A DNA stretch of 64,000 nucleotides, from contig CM035357.1 in the NCBI GenBank assembly GCA_020137815.1, positions 6,324,001 through 6,388,000 of the forward strand, in the 5' to 3' direction. The DNA comes from Hormiphora californensis (Eukaryota > Animalia > Ctenophora). Positions 1-14,820 of the stretch are shown one piece after another (positions within the stretch are counted from its first letter, which is position 1; the number at the start of each line of letters is the position of its first letter). The position numbers and the translations under genes were made by a program. The notes beneath the pieces were generated by a model. That model worked only from the letters and a program-made list of their open reading frames with translations. It did not search any database and had not been told where the DNA came from.

Positions 1-1310
1 AACGACTCCAAGATCGATCTCATGTCAATCAGTGGGCACAAGCTGTATGGACCTAAAGGGGTTGGTGCTCTGTATGTTCGGAGGAGACCCCGAGTTAGGA
101 TCGCACCTATGATGAGTGGAGGTAAGGTGGTTCGGGAGGTTATTTTAGAGACTGTATTATGTTTTATTGGTTACGCCCTCCACTCTAGTCTCTATCTGAT
201 ACTGACCTAGTAAAAGGTCTTTGACCGATTACTACCGAATTACTTGGTGTACAAGTTACCTTTCTCTTCCTGATCTTGAATTATCACTATTCAGGTGGCC
301 AGGAGAGAGGTATGCGAAGTGGAACGGTCCCTACCCACCTCTGTGTAGGGATGGGGGCAGCAGCTGAACTTGCCAAGACTGAAATTGGGTAAGCAAGGTT
401 TCAGGCATTTCGAGAGAGAGGGCCGAAAAATGCAAGCAGCATCATCTCCAACCCTTGCTTTCTCCCCAGTTACGACTCCCAATATGTCTCCTACCTAAGT
501 GAGAGGTTTATTTCCCGAGTCATGGCCAACCTAACCCATGTTGTCCGGAATGGTGACCCTAAGGCAACCTACCCTGGATGTGTGAACCTTAGTTTCGCAT
601 ACGTGGAGGGAGAGAGCCTGTTGATGGCTCTGAAGGATATCGCCCTGTCTTCCGGTATTATTTTAATGTGATTCTTCGGCTTTAACCTTTGAAGCAGTTT
701 CTAAGAATCCAAGTTATCTATTTTAGATGTCTCACCCTCACTGTTACTCTATTCTCCAGGTTCCGCGTGTACCTCAGCATCTCTAGAACCAAGTTATGTT
801 TTGCGTGCCCTTGGTGCAGATGATGATATGGCTCACTCTTCAATCAGGTGTGTCCCAACACTGTCTTGAAATGGTCAGGCTCAAGAGTCAAGTGGTCTCC
901 GGTCGGTTTACACAAAATTGGGACAAGATCAGTCCCGGTTTTTCACATCAGTAGCGAGTTGGTGCAGTAACGCGCGAGGCTCCATTTGGTGAAAGTACAG
1001 TGGAGCGGCAAGAGGCCCGCGCGCAGATCTGCACTGCACGTGCTGTCGTCTGTCTGTCCGTCCTTTCCCATTTCCTGTCAATTTCTGACGTTCTTTAATC
1101 TTTAGTGACCTATTAGCTGTATTTTCAATAATTGATCCACTAATCCCTTCTCCCAGATTTGGTTTTGGTCGGTTTACAACTGTGGAGGAGGTGGATTACA
1201 CAGCAGACAGGTGTATACAACACGTCTCGCGGCTCAGGGAAATGTCTCCTCTATGGGAGATGGTCCAAGAGGGAATCGACCTGAAGACCATACAGTGGAC
1301 ACAGCACTAA
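1..1310 (+). CDS. NFS1: Cysteine desulfurase NFS1/IscS, 3' part (5' end outside window); exons 1-121, 295-388, 470-654, 760-847, 1157-1310
   Basis: GT-AG spliced translation: [33 protein letters not shown]...[12 protein letters not shown]...[42 protein letters not shown]...[14 protein letters not shown]...[25 protein letters not shown]. It has the PLP lysine motif SGHK and the catalytic Cys motif SSGSAC; intron phases are consistent. Confidence 0.97.
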
Positions 1311-2719
1311 CTATCTTTCTTTCTCCGTGTGTGGCAAGAAGAAGAAGAAGAGGAGGAAAAAAGACATTCACACTCTGATCTAGCATGCTGCTGCTGCCAC
1401 CACCCCCTCTTTCTTATACACAGCTGAGTGTTCTAGTTTGTTAAGCGACCCTCTCACAGTTTATATCTCTCTTCACATCTTCTCCGACTCTTCTCTCTAG
1501 CTCTAGGTGACCCTCTAGGAATAGTTTGGCATCTTGCCACCTTTCCCACGTGTTTTTTTGTATCCTAATGTTTTTGTTGTGGGAATTTTATCTTTGAAAA
1601 CCCTGTAAACCACGTCTCTATCGAATGTCCCGTTAAATTTCCAACCCGCGGCCGACAGTCATATATTCGAAAACTTAATCTCACTCAATGAAACGTCGTA
1701 AAGTAAAGACGCCCTTTACTTGTTGAATACTGAATAGTATTATTAGTTGCTACACGAATAATATGTACATGTATTATACTACATAACTCTGTGTTCTATA
1801 GCACGTCAAATCCAAATTAGTGCTAGCCCAATAAAATGGGTCTGTCCCACATAAAGAGAATACCACACTATACAGCTGTAGAGGGGATGTTAGATATCTC
1901 TTCATCCCCTCTCTAACTTGGATTAGGGATAGAGTGAATTCCTGAGATATAGTGTCAATATATGTGTGTTTTACACTCTTCTTTCATTCTCTTTTCTGGT
2001 TGTCATCAAGCTGGATTATATGTATTTGCTATGGTCTGCTGGCCGCCACTATTGAGAGAGATAGAGTGAGCTAGTTCTTTCTTCAAAGTCGTAACTTTGA
2101 GTTTAAAACTTGTTGGTCCAGCACCGGCGATTCTGTGACTGTTTGTTGCAGTCACCGCTCTTAGAGGGAATGCAACTCACTCTACATTACATATGTTCGA
2201 GAATTGTTGCGACGCACTCTATAAAACTTACATTGTCACTCTATAAAACTTACATTGTCTAGTCCTTACTTTTTAATACAGTTTAAAGTAAGAGAGAGCA
2301 TGGGCCGAAAGTTTTAGAAATCTTCAGAAAACTGTTTGGAGAGTTTATTATACAAATTGTATTACAATGCAGCATTGTAGAATAAACTCTCCAGCATTGT
2401 CAATGCTGATCCATTTGCAGAAAGTACCGCCCGTCTGTGTACTGTTCTAGAAGTTTTCCTTAGCCCTCCTCCCCCTGTCCATGAAATCACCTCCAGTCAA
2501 CGATCGGTAGTTGTTACTCAATGGGGAAGTAGTAGGGGAGTGGTAGTCAATATTATAGTGCTCAGGACACTGCCTATTGTTAGACCGTACTATTATCTGA
2601 GTGCAGGAGTTACCTAGATCACAGTGCAGTAACAGGCAGCAAGACATCAGTACAATTACCAGTCTGCAGATCTGAGGGTGGTCTAGATAGAGAGAGTTGG
2701 TCTTCACCTTTCATATTGT

Positions 2720-2897
<178 letters not shown>

Positions 2898-5323
2898 ACT
2901 CTCTTCTAATTCTCTAATCTATGACCATCTATCTTCTTGTCTCTCTTTATCTGGCTACAATGAACGGCCTTACTCAGTCTCCTCCATCCCTTTGATACAT
3001 ATAATCTTTCATCTTACCAACACCCTCTCCAGAGTACCATCTGTTGGCTGGGCAAGAGAGAGAAGGTCGGATATACCAGCACAGTCTTGTGGGATACCAG
3101 CTTCTAGAGAGTCTGACAGGCTAACTCATTGTCCTAGGACTTACTGTCTGACGTCTGTCCCTCTGTCCCCTTATTCAACAAGGGTGTCTTATAGTCTTAT
3201 TCAACCGTATATTTATCTAGACAGATGATTGAGTCTTTATTCTTTTTTTCACATGGTCTCATCCCGGATAATTGCATAATCTATCATGGCCTTCAGTAAT
3301 GACATATAACGCTGCACGCTCATTACTCATCACGCGACAAACTGATGTAAATTGTAGCCTGAAACTGTCGTAATTATCAGCACACCGAGGTGGATTACTG
3401 CACTGCATACACCACAGCAGCCTATATTTAATCAGACTTCCTAACTTGTTCGTGCCTTGCCTCGACCCTGTTTCACCACGCACAAATGTAAAGGAGGGTT
3501 AGTGCATAACGAACTTGTTCGACCTTTACAAAAGGTAAAGCGTTCCTGTACGATGTCGTTAAATATCTGGATATATGTCTACTTTCTACTATCTTCAAGT
3601 TTATTGTTGGTATTTCCAGTATCATTCAAAGTTGTCCTGTTTGCAATTTCCGTTCCACTGATTTCATTAAAGTTGATCATCACGCTGATATACCTGCAGC
3701 AGTACAGCACACATGATGCGAGTAACTTTTGACCTTCATGCATTCAAGTTATATCCGTGCATGTTAAGACAGAAAAAGATAGAGAGAGAGAGAGAGAGAG
3801 ATAGAGAGATAGAGAGGTAGGGAGATAGATGGAGAGAGGGAGATAGATAAATATAGATAGAATGAGAGATAGAGAGAGGGAAAGAGAGTTGGAGTTAAAG
3901 AAAGAAAGATAGGAAAGAGAAAGATAGATCCAGTATATTTTTAGCTCCTTCAAATCTGTGAAGAGTTGATCGTTGCATGCACTTGGTGTGGTAGTACGTG
4001 TTGTATAATGACAATTATCTTGTCGATTTCCCCCCATCATTACCTACATACGGCTATAATTGCCCTAGAAATAATAGTAGCATTATATTTGTCCTTGTCT
4101 TCATCTTGTAAATTGCTAAGATATTCGTCTGGTACATTTTGATATGAAAGAGAATGCTTATTATTCGACTCATGAGGAACTAAGTAATGCGAAATCGCCG
4201 TTTATACTTTTTAGTTCTACGTTTGAACTCTGACCTCTATAATATCTGGTTCCGGACTAATAGCTCTAAGACATATAATCGCCATATCATACGAATTCAA
4301 CAAATTTGTATCACTGTTCAATATGCCCGTGACTTTGGTTACCGTTAAGTAAGCCGTAACAACCGTGACTCGTATACAATAATAAGCCACCGAGCAATTT
4401 ACGATCCGACGATCGTCGAATCATTAAATGCCTTTGTGTACTAGATAGTATGTATCATGCTAATTGTGAGGAGGAGGATGGGTGATATTATCATTACTTA
4501 TCATATAGCAGTCATTATATATCACAGTCTTCAGCCTACCACAACAATAAAATTCAAGGTCATCTAGATCTGTTGTTATTGTGCGTTGTTGAGTATAATT
4601 GCGGGAGATATTATGTGTGTATTATGGTCCCCACAAGTATATGATACTCTAGACGTTCATATACAAGTAGTACCGAGTATATAATGGCATTAGGAGAGGG
4701 AAAGAGTGAGGGAGAGAAAGATATCATAGTATATTATATAAAATAATCGTTGGCAGAGCCACGTACAGGGGATAGCGCGACGTGCCCAAAAATAATCGAG
4801 GAGAAGTCCCATCTTAAATTAAATAACATCGTAACCAATCCTAACCAATCTTTCTCTGAACTAGTATTTTCGACACTTTAACAAACTAAAACAATACTCA
4901 GTAGTAAGCCATGTACTACGTGTAGTGATGCTGCTGCTGCTACCGTGTATTCTCGTTCCGAGACTAGATCTGCATTTCTGTTCATCAAGCCCACATAACA
5001 AACTATTATAACAGGTTATGATTAATTACTCAGGATATCCGACTTCTTGTTCTCTTTATTAGAGACATGGCAATTGTGTGTGCGTGATTATTGTCACAGT
5101 CTGGTCTCTTTTGATTTAGTTTTACCTTAACCTTTTGAGCTGTTGCACTTACAGAGATTTGTTCGAAATAAATCAGTTATGTTTTAGAAATATCGTGTTA
5201 CCTATTTAGAAGCACCTTTCCCAGGATCTGTCATATAGCGGTGCGTGAATTTGGCTAGAATTATGGGCCGATTTTGTAGCTAATTTCTCTAATGCTCTTT
5301 CTCCTTTCTCTATCTTTTCTGTG

Positions 5324-5382
<59 letters not shown>

Positions 5383-6220
5383 GTTTCTCTCCTTCTTAAT
5401 CGATCTGTTCTCACACACAGTCACGTCTATCTATGAGGATTTCCCATCAGAAAATTTAGGAACATTATTCACAATCCATTTTGTTCAGTGACAAGTTACT
5501 CCTTACTTTTTATTTAATTAATAAGACGCCAGCCACTATAGGCATGCATGCCAGGGCACCATTGCAATTATATGACGTTATACAAGTCATTTATATTTCG
5601 CAAACTTTCTCCTCCATTTATGGGCACCATGTACCGAACTTTATTAAAACCATAAATAAGTCTTAGGTAGTTCAATACAAGCCTGATAGTCGAAATTACT
5701 GACCCTTCGTAGATTGCTGCTCCATCCCCCCGGGTGTAGTCGAGTGGGAGCTATATCACGGTCAGAGCATTGCAGCCTATCACGATCAAGTAGCTGCTCC
5801 AAAAGTTGATCTTGCAGCTCATCAACAATACTGTTTTGTTTGACTTAATTAATGATGTGCTCCATAACAATGAACATCTATAGTTAATTGAATCCCTCCT
5901 TTGTAGTCTAGCTGTTATCATTATAGTCGCTGCATGGTATGTTAGAGTTGTTATACTCAACAATGTTAGAGCGATATATGTGATGAAGTTATAATGGGAG
6001 TGAGTGGTGTGTTTAGTGTTATTGGTAACTGTCTTAATCATGTTAATTAACCAACATCAGGACAAACTTGGAACCGCGTGCAAGCTTGCAATAATTATCT
6101 ATCTTTTTTTCTCTTCCTCTCTCTCTCCCTCTCCTACTCCACCCTCTCTAGTCTCTAGTCTCTCTCCCTCTCTAGTCTTCTTCTTAATATCACTCTACTA
6201 GATTTCGCCTAAAATGTTTC

Positions 6221-7062
6221 GGGGGGGGGGGGGGGGGGGGGGCGGCTGAAGTTTTTGAAGTTTGAAGTTTTCCACCCTACTTTTTGAGTTTTTGAAGTTT
6301 TTGAAGTTGACTTCAAAAACTTCAAAAACTTCAAAAACTCTAAACTACTTTTATATGCTATCAGTGACTTTTATTACACTTGTTTAGGTTAGTTTCATGC
6401 TTAATACATATTGTGGCAAAGTTATCCGGCCTTGTCTGCCCTTTTTTTACCACAAATTAGGATATTTACAATGATTCTTAGCCATGAATTCCAAGGCACA
6501 ATTTGGTGTAAAAAATTTAATTTTTTTGTAAAAACGAATTTTATTTCCATTCTACAACTCAAAAAGTTGCCTAGAAAATGCTAAGAAAGTGTTTAAAAAT
6601 TATGATGTAAATTTTCAAAAATTTTTTGGGGCCACACCCTTTTTGCCAGTTTCACAAAATGCAAATTTTTTATGAAGGGAGTAGTGAAAAAAATATGGAC
6701 ACTAAAATCATCAGCGGCCTCGAGTTAGTGGGGGTACGTGCCAAAATGAAGTCTCCACCTCATCTAATTCGAGGGATAATGGGATATTTTCATAATTTTG
6801 TGTGTGCGCATGACTTATTTTTGGGCTAGACCAGTTTTAATGGTTTCTGAGTGTCTATAGGATTTTTAAAGGGGTGTATCTTGTTCGGAATATGCAAGTT
6901 TATATAAGAGTTATGAAGCAACATAGGGCCTATCTCCAACGGTTTAGGAGATATGAGTTTTTGAAGTTTTTGAAGTTTTTGAAGTTTTCCACCCTAAGTT
7001 TCGGTTTGAAGTTTTTGAAGTCGACTTCAAAAACTTCAAAAACTTCAGCCGGCCCCCCCCCC
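6221..7062. mobile_element. Non-autonomous DNA transposon with polyG/polyC termini and 8-bp TSD
   Basis: TIR G(n)CGGCTGAAGTTTTTGAAG ... CTTCAAAAACTTCAGCCGGC(n); AATGTTTC duplicated at 6213-6220 and 7063-7070; subterminal GAAGTTTTT arrays. Confidence 0.85.
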
Positions 7063-8515
7063 AATGTTTCGACGTTAAAGCAGCTTTAACGTCAAAACAT
7101 TTGATAAAGCTGCTCCACTCAAAAAAATATGCCCAGTGTTAACTCTAGTTCAACTCTCTCTCGATAATCAATTGCTATTTGTCACTTTCTAAGAATTATC
7201 TCACTGTCTCTTTGTTTCTTCTTGTACCTCTTACTGTCTCTTCTCTTTATTTTTCTTTCCACCGTTCACAACATCTCTTTTTAGCATTCTCTTTACTAGC
7301 ATCTTTTCATCAACTCAGGTCTCAGTAAATTTCACGTGAGAGAGGTCAATGAGTAGCAGAATCACAGCAGAATCGTCCCTTTTCTATCGTTCAAAATTAT
7401 TTACAGATCGATATTTAGATATTGATTTGATTACTTTGATTAATCTTGTGATATTTTCACAATTTTGTGTCAAAATGCTCGTAGCCTAGGATTGTACAGG
7501 TCCGAGGCTTACCATTTACACCCGAGATTAAAATCTTCAAAGCCAATCTCTGGGGACATCGATTTAATTTTATGTCATCCAAATTAAAATATTAAAATTA
7601 TCGAACCCAGGTTTCCTGGTTTTATACCGCACATGGTTGCCAAGTGAAGCCACACACGTGTGTTGCGTGTGTTGGGACAGTGTGAAGTCACCCTCTACTG
7701 TATTTTCATAACTATTTGTGCCGAAATTATAACTGCTTGGGTTTCTATACCGAATTAGTGATTTTGAATATTTAATCGATTAAACACCTTCATTTTCAAG
7801 ATATACATCCTTTGCCCTCACATATTATATCTCAACAGTTTCCTGCTTCTCCATGATTCTCGGAATCTCCTGCAACTTGTCACTGCACATATCCCACCAT
7901 TGGCACCAATTGTTGGAGGAGATGTGTATCTAGCTCCTTAAATGGTCCCACTAATCCTCTTCGTATCTCCCCACAACACCTGTTACTTAATGTACACTGG
8001 GGCCTTGTATAGTGTCAACCACTTGCTGCCCCATCCTAGTCTTGTTCAGACTGGATGTCTTTTGCGAATCTCTTAACTCCCCAGATATAAAGAACCGAGA
8101 ACTCAACAAGTCTGAAAGGTGCAATGCCACCATTACATGCTAGGCCGGGGCCCCAGCAGCTGGAAAAGCTACAGGGATATAATTTAAAAAATTATCACAT
8201 TATATGGTTAATGGTTAACAACTGCCGTTATATAATGATGTAATTGCTACCTTCTAGTTTTTATAGTCGAAGTCAAGCTGTCTTGAGCCGTACAGTATAC
8301 CGATCTGAGCTGACTTCAGGCTGATAAATTTAAAACAGAGTGCCACCAGACCTGTAAATATTGCAAAAACCTCATCTCCATTAGTGATCATGTTCGGTCA
8401 TTACACCAACTATGATTGTGTGTGTGAGTTTTTTAGATGAGCTGGACAGTAATTTTTGCTTTCGTTAATGCCGCAATAAGTCAGCTTTTTGATTCTTCTC
8501 TTATCATTATAGGTA

Positions 8516-9128
8516 CTAGCGCACCCATTGGGTGCGCCTCAAGTAAGGCCTTTTTGATAACCCAACCGGCGAAGCCGGGTGGTTCTTTTCGCCCCTTTCA
8601 ACGTTAATAACACGGTTACCATGGCAACTGAATTGGTAACTATGGGGACTGGCATGTTAAAAGTCATTCGAATATATATTAACAAACTTCCACTGGAAGT
8701 TCCAAAAGTGTGAATAACAGCTTTACAGCTTTGGGCACATGAAGTGTTTTATGAAGGAGCACTGTCGCTTAGATACCGCCTAACGAACGACTTCGACTTC
8801 GACGTCGTTCATCTCCAAATTATAATAGAGATAGCGCACCCATTGGGTGCGCCTCAAGTAAGGGCTTTTTGATAACCCACCCGGCTTCGCCGGGTGGTTC
8901 TTTTTGCCCTTTTCAACGTCAATAAAACGGTTGCCATGACAACTGAATTGGTAACTATGGGGACTGGCATGTTAAAATTCATTCGGAAATATTAACAAAC
9001 TTCCACTGGAAGTTCCAAAAGTGTGAATAGCAGCTTTACAGCTATGGGCCTATAAAACGTTTTATGAAGGAGCAGCCTGTCGCTTAGATACCGCTGAACG
9101 AACGACCACTTCGACGCGATTCTATAGA
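8516..9128 (-). mobile_element. Head-to-tail dimer of a short non-autonomous Helitron (units 8516-8831 and 8832-9128)
   Basis: On the minus strand each unit starts A|TC. The array ends with hairpin GCGCACCC-AAT-GGGTGCGC then CTAG|T; the two ~300-bp units are highly similar; no TSD. Confidence 0.75.
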
Positions 9129-11510
9129 TGGCTGTATAATGTTTAGTAATTTTGAAATCTTTCTGGCATGTTTCTGCCAGGTGTATTTAAATTCTAAATT
9201 TCACAGTAAATTCTAAACTTATTCAGACCCGGATTGTTGTTATACAAATTAGGATGTGGTAATTGTACTGAAATGTGACTCGACCCTGTTCTATTCAAAG
9301 TTTTGCCCAGCCTTGTCGGAAATAGCACGTGGCTATCATGTACCCCGGTAGCAAATCGTCGAAATGCTCATGTCGACGACATCTATATCTCTCTTGAAAA
9401 TTGTCTAGGTTATATATTCTCTCAGAATAGAATTTCTGGGTGAGAAATGGCCGGATGTATAATCGATATAATCATCTAATCATTATATATCTAGTCTTCT
9501 GTACGACACGTACCATTTATCAAGGATCAGAGAATAATCACTTTTTGAAGTTTTGAGAAAGTGGTCAAGATTGAAATTGAGGGTAAGAAGAATTGAGTAA
9601 GAAGAGTGTCACGAGAGAAACGATTAAACATAAACGATAGACCAGTGACCAGTACATAATAATTACAATAGTACGTGTTTCTGATCCGAGTCACAACAGT
9701 TTATACTAGTATATTTTAGGTGTCGACTGTCGCAATTATAATTAGAGTATGTATATTTGTTGAGTTGTGTATGCCAAAAACTAACTGTCGCTCATTTATT
9801 TATTCATCGCCTAACCAAACGCTTTGTACAACTATCGAGAGTTTTAGTGGTTTAAATGGATAGGTAACCACGCATTTTACGATAACCGATAACCCACCAC
9901 AAAGTCGGCGTCTTTGATAATCCCGTACAACTGCAGACGGGTGTGGTGGTGGCTTAACTTTTTGAAATTCTAAGTTGGGTATGAATGACTTAATTGATTA
10001 GGAATGATTATGTTTTATAATTTATTCGACATATATGTCATATATCAAGCTAGACAAGCAGTCCCAGTGTGGTTAGGATACATCATGCTCACAATTAGTT
10101 ATTGTACTGAAGTCATGCTATATAACTTGGGCCATATGTCAGAGCATTGGCAAGAACCGTGGTCGTAGCATTGACAGCTTGGCCCCTCATTTTGAACTTG
10201 TGAATCGTGATCTATAGTACTTCAAGTCTTCAACTTGTGATCTAGTACTTCATGCAATTTGTTCATTTCACACTTGCTATAGCGTGATCTTCATAATAGT
10301 TCAATGTTCATCTCATATAAACATGTTATTAATCCTATCACATCTGTGATGGGGCTATGTGATTCAGAACTTATTCGGAAGTATGTGTGAAGGTAAGCTG
10401 CTTCCAACGTGTCAAATTATTACATATTATAAGAATTTCCGGTTCGTTGGATGTTCATGTTCTTCCTAGTCCAATTTCAATTTACCACGTACTTTTCGAA
10501 AGAAATTTAGGCCATTTTCCTCCTCCATCTCTCTCCTTTCCCACTTTTTCTATCTCTCTCCTTTCCCCCTTTTTCTATCTCCCTCTCTTTCTTTCTCTCT
10601 CTCTTCCTCCCTCCTCTCTCCCCCAGTCCCATTCTAAAAACTCTACCAGTGCTTCCAAATCAACACTGTGGTATTACATGACACGTAATGATAAGTGTAC
10701 ATTATTATAAGGGCAGGGTGGCTAATTTCCTCCCTATTTCCTCTCCCAATTTTTTGGTTAGTTTGTGACGAACAAGTTTCCCAGAAACCACGTCCCGGAA
10801 AATGAAACCAAATAAGTGGATATATATGTATGTAAAATTTGGTCGTGCTACCCTGATCCAGTTTGGGGATCTAGAATCATAAATTTTGAACCGGTATCTT
10901 GAACATTCGCTACCCGCCTAGGTCGTCGAAGTTTTAGCTAGCCCATATTTGTTAGAGCATTGGCCCGACAGGCCCATATTAAATTTCACGCTGAGAGAAT
11001 AGAAGAAGGTTTGTTCCCAAACTAGATCCACTTCTATGGCCGGTGGTCTAGTTTTCACATTAGGCCTACTTGTATTGCGGGTGGACGGGTGGTTTGTGAC
11101 AAACTAGACCACCTGCCGTGATGATGTTGAAACTCCAGTAGATTCCAGTGACACCGAGTTGTTCTAGATTCCATCCACTTGATATATCCTTCCCGTGTGG
11201 CGTGTTTCGTCACTGAGCTCCGTGATGCATCACAGCAATTAATTGGCAGCCAATTGTCATTCATATTAGTTTGCAATCAGCTGCAGAGCTGATCACGTGA
11301 TATTATATAGGACTCTGGGCGCTGACCACATATATTTGACTCGACTTTTGCAGCAGACCGTCAGATTACGTGCGGTGCCCTAATGGCAACTAAAAGCATT
11401 TCAAAGTTTTTAATGTTTTTAATGTTTTTAACTTGCTTCTTTTTGAGTATAATTTTCTCCCTTCCCCCCCCTCTCTCTCTCTCCCCCCTCTCTCTCTCCC
11501 CCCCTCTCTC

Positions 11511-11612
<102 letters not shown>

Positions 11613-12691
11613 CTCCCTTCCTCCTACTCTCTCTCTCTCTCCTCTCTCCTCTCCTCGATAATCTGACGTTCCACCCCTTTACATCTTACAGTCCTTGCTT
11701 TCTTCTTCCTCGGACCATTATCGTTCCGATCGATAATGTTGCGTTCATAGAGGTGTCATTTTCATAGCTGCTTCACTATTCCTACTAGTGAGTCAGTATT
11801 TCACCTTCTAACCCTACCTCTCCAAGCTGTATCCTCACTTGCATAAGGTCCGGAAAGGTGAGAGTATTGATCTCTTTCATCTGAGAATTGAGAACGTGAA
11901 CTCAACTCTTTAAGTATTATAAGTCGCTATTTAAGTTGAGTTCCTAAGGCAGACACATATAGAGTGGGGAATCTGAAAATGTAGGTCTCATCAAAGAAGG
12001 ATAAGGAGGAAGGAAGTGAGAAAAGAGCTACAAAGAGGTTGAGTAGTAGAAGGAATGGAAACGAGTAAGCCCCCCAAGAGTGTGTAAGAGGATCATGCAG
12101 AAGAGAGAGAGGAGAGAAGAGATAATTACCTAGAGAAGAATGAGAGATATAGACCTTTATGCTGAAATTGTTCGACGTTTAAAAGGATTCTCCAGTGATA
12201 GTCCAAAACATGTGAAATGGGATAAATACTAGAGTAAGTAATGGAAGATAATAGTTGGAGATTGATAACATGGCAATAAAGCCAGTTAAGTTGAGTGACA
12301 GATGTAAAACCGATTTCAACTTGTTCAATTGTCTGCTATTATACAGTGCACAGTTCTCATAATGTTGGACTAGCCAGACGATAGTGAACAATAGCGACTA
12401 ATTTTACTATTGATTATTTATGTGTTATCATGGCCAAACTCAGAAAATCGTTGGCTTGATGAGATTTGTGATTACAGTCTGTGCTTAATTAATAGCCCTT
12501 GTTTTAATGTTAGAGTTGACCACTACATGTACCAAACTCGATAGTACTTGCCCCACCAAATCGCTTGCATATCTCGGTTCCCTGGACGTATATTCTGAAT
12601 TACAGAACAAGATGCCACTAACCGAATATTGTTACAGTTCCCACTGTCATGGTAATACTGGAGACAGGGTGTACTAATAATAAACTAAACA

Positions 12692-14453
12692 ATGAATCAT
12701 AGAAGCAGCTATTCAAGGGTATCCCTTTCCAGCGCCAGTAACAATAGGAATTTCAGGTGAGAAGCTAAATCAGCTCGTTATAGTAAGTATGTACTGCATT
12801 CCAGTACTGGGGGGGGGGGGGTCCAGCCCTAAAAAAAGCTAAAGGTACCCTGATTTTGGTCGATTGCTTTTTTTTATGTTAGCTTTTTTAGCTTTTTTTA
12901 GCTTTTTTTAGCTTTTTTTAGCCCTACTTTTTATGTTTTTTCAGCATTCATCTTGACACTTTTCCATTAAATTTTCATCCTTCCGGACGTCTATTGACTG
13001 CATTTGTTCATTTCCTGCACATTTTTTACCATAATCTACCGTTTATGTCCATACATAGCAATTTCTGTATCCACCCCTATTGCCATTTTCTGGAGTCATT
13101 TTTTCGATAAAAATATTATTCAAATTTGATAAAAATAGTTTTAAAAAAGTTCAAAAAACGTTATAAAACGTTATAATAAAAGTTTAAAAAATTTGGCGTC
13201 AGCGGGATTCGAACCTATATGAATCCACTAAAAACTCAATTTTAGCTTTTTTAAGCTTTTTTTTAGCGTTTTTTAGCTTTTTTAGCCTAAAAAAAGCTAA
13301 AAAAAAGCTAAAAAAGCTAAAAAAAGCTAAAAAAAAGCTAAAAAAGGCTAAAAAAGCTAAAAAAAGCTAAAAAAAGCTAAAAAAGCTAAAGGTACCCTGA
13401 TTTTTGCCGATTGCTTAGCTTTTTTAGGGCTGGACCCCCCCCCCCCCAGTACTTTTTGCTCCTTCATAAACCATACTGTGAATTTACTCCTTCATAAAAC
13501 TAACTATTGTTCTAGGTCCAGTAGGAGCAGTATCAGGCATTCTCAGGCACGGGGAAGGGATAGTAAAGTAGCCCGATCTGTTCGAAATTCTATCCGCCGG
13601 ATCAGCACTGTGAGTTCCAATATAATATACAGTCGGACCCCGATTTAGGGGCCCCCGATTTAGTGGCACCCCGATTTAGGGACAGGATTTTTTCCCCCGA
13701 TATAGGAAATTAACCTTATTTGACCCCGATTTAGTGGACACCCCGATTTAGTGGACAAGAGCCTTTCCCCCGAGGGTGTCCCTAAATCGGGGTCCGACTG
13801 TATATATATAATATATTGATGGGATACTTTTCTGCTTATTCCTAGTGCTTGAATTTCTGAATCTGATCTTCTTTTTAGACATAATTTATGAGATTTTTCA
13901 ATTTTTGATCCTTTTCAGGCGTTTTTTGAGGCGCCAAAAGACAAGGGAGCTAATGGTTTAGGAATACTCGATGAATTCAACGAAGATGGTATGTGAAGAA
14001 AACTGCATGAATTTGAATTATTGACAACCGATACACCATCTAACAAACTATACAATACAGCTCGACTGACCTTGAGAGTTGAGCCCATTTTTATCTGGGG
14101 GAAGTATCACATCACGATTGAAACTTTAGCCCTTCCCAACTATCTGTTATCAGTGTATCATCAGTTATCATCACCTGGCTGGCTAGACAGCCTTTTGTAG
14201 ACACACATTATACCGCACTGCATTTTATCCATGGATAGCCCACATGTGGCTTCGTCTTTTGTCTACCGTTTCACTCTCGGCCGTAGCCTAGGAGAGTTTA
14301 TTTAAAAGGTAAATGTCCTTATTTTGTGTCCGTAAAGTTTTAGTGCTAAAAGCATAATAATTGTTATTTCTGAGAGAGGGAGAAGGAGAGAGAAAGAGAG
14401 CGAAAGAGAGAGATACAGAGAGATAGGGACAAAGAGAGAGAGAGAGAGAGACG

Positions 14454-14485
<32 letters not shown>

Positions 14486-14729
14486 AGAGAGAGAGACATA
14501 GAGAGAGAGACAGAAAGACAGCGAGAGTGGGATAAAAGATAGTCCTATATCGTATTGATATAATTAAGCCAAAAACTAATTGAATTAGTTGGCGAGAAAG
14601 GTGGCCCACTTACACCTTTTGCTACTGCCGGGTATCACCACGAACTCTCATTCTCTCCCTCCAGCTTGGTATCTCAATCTCTTATTTTTCAAGGGTAACT
14701 TATTCCTGTTCGTTCTATCCCTCTCTCCT

Positions 14730-14820
<91 letters not shown>

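Noticed and set aside
7820-8120. Exon-like segment on the minus strand
   Set aside because: All three frames after the acceptor hit stops and no motif is recognisable.
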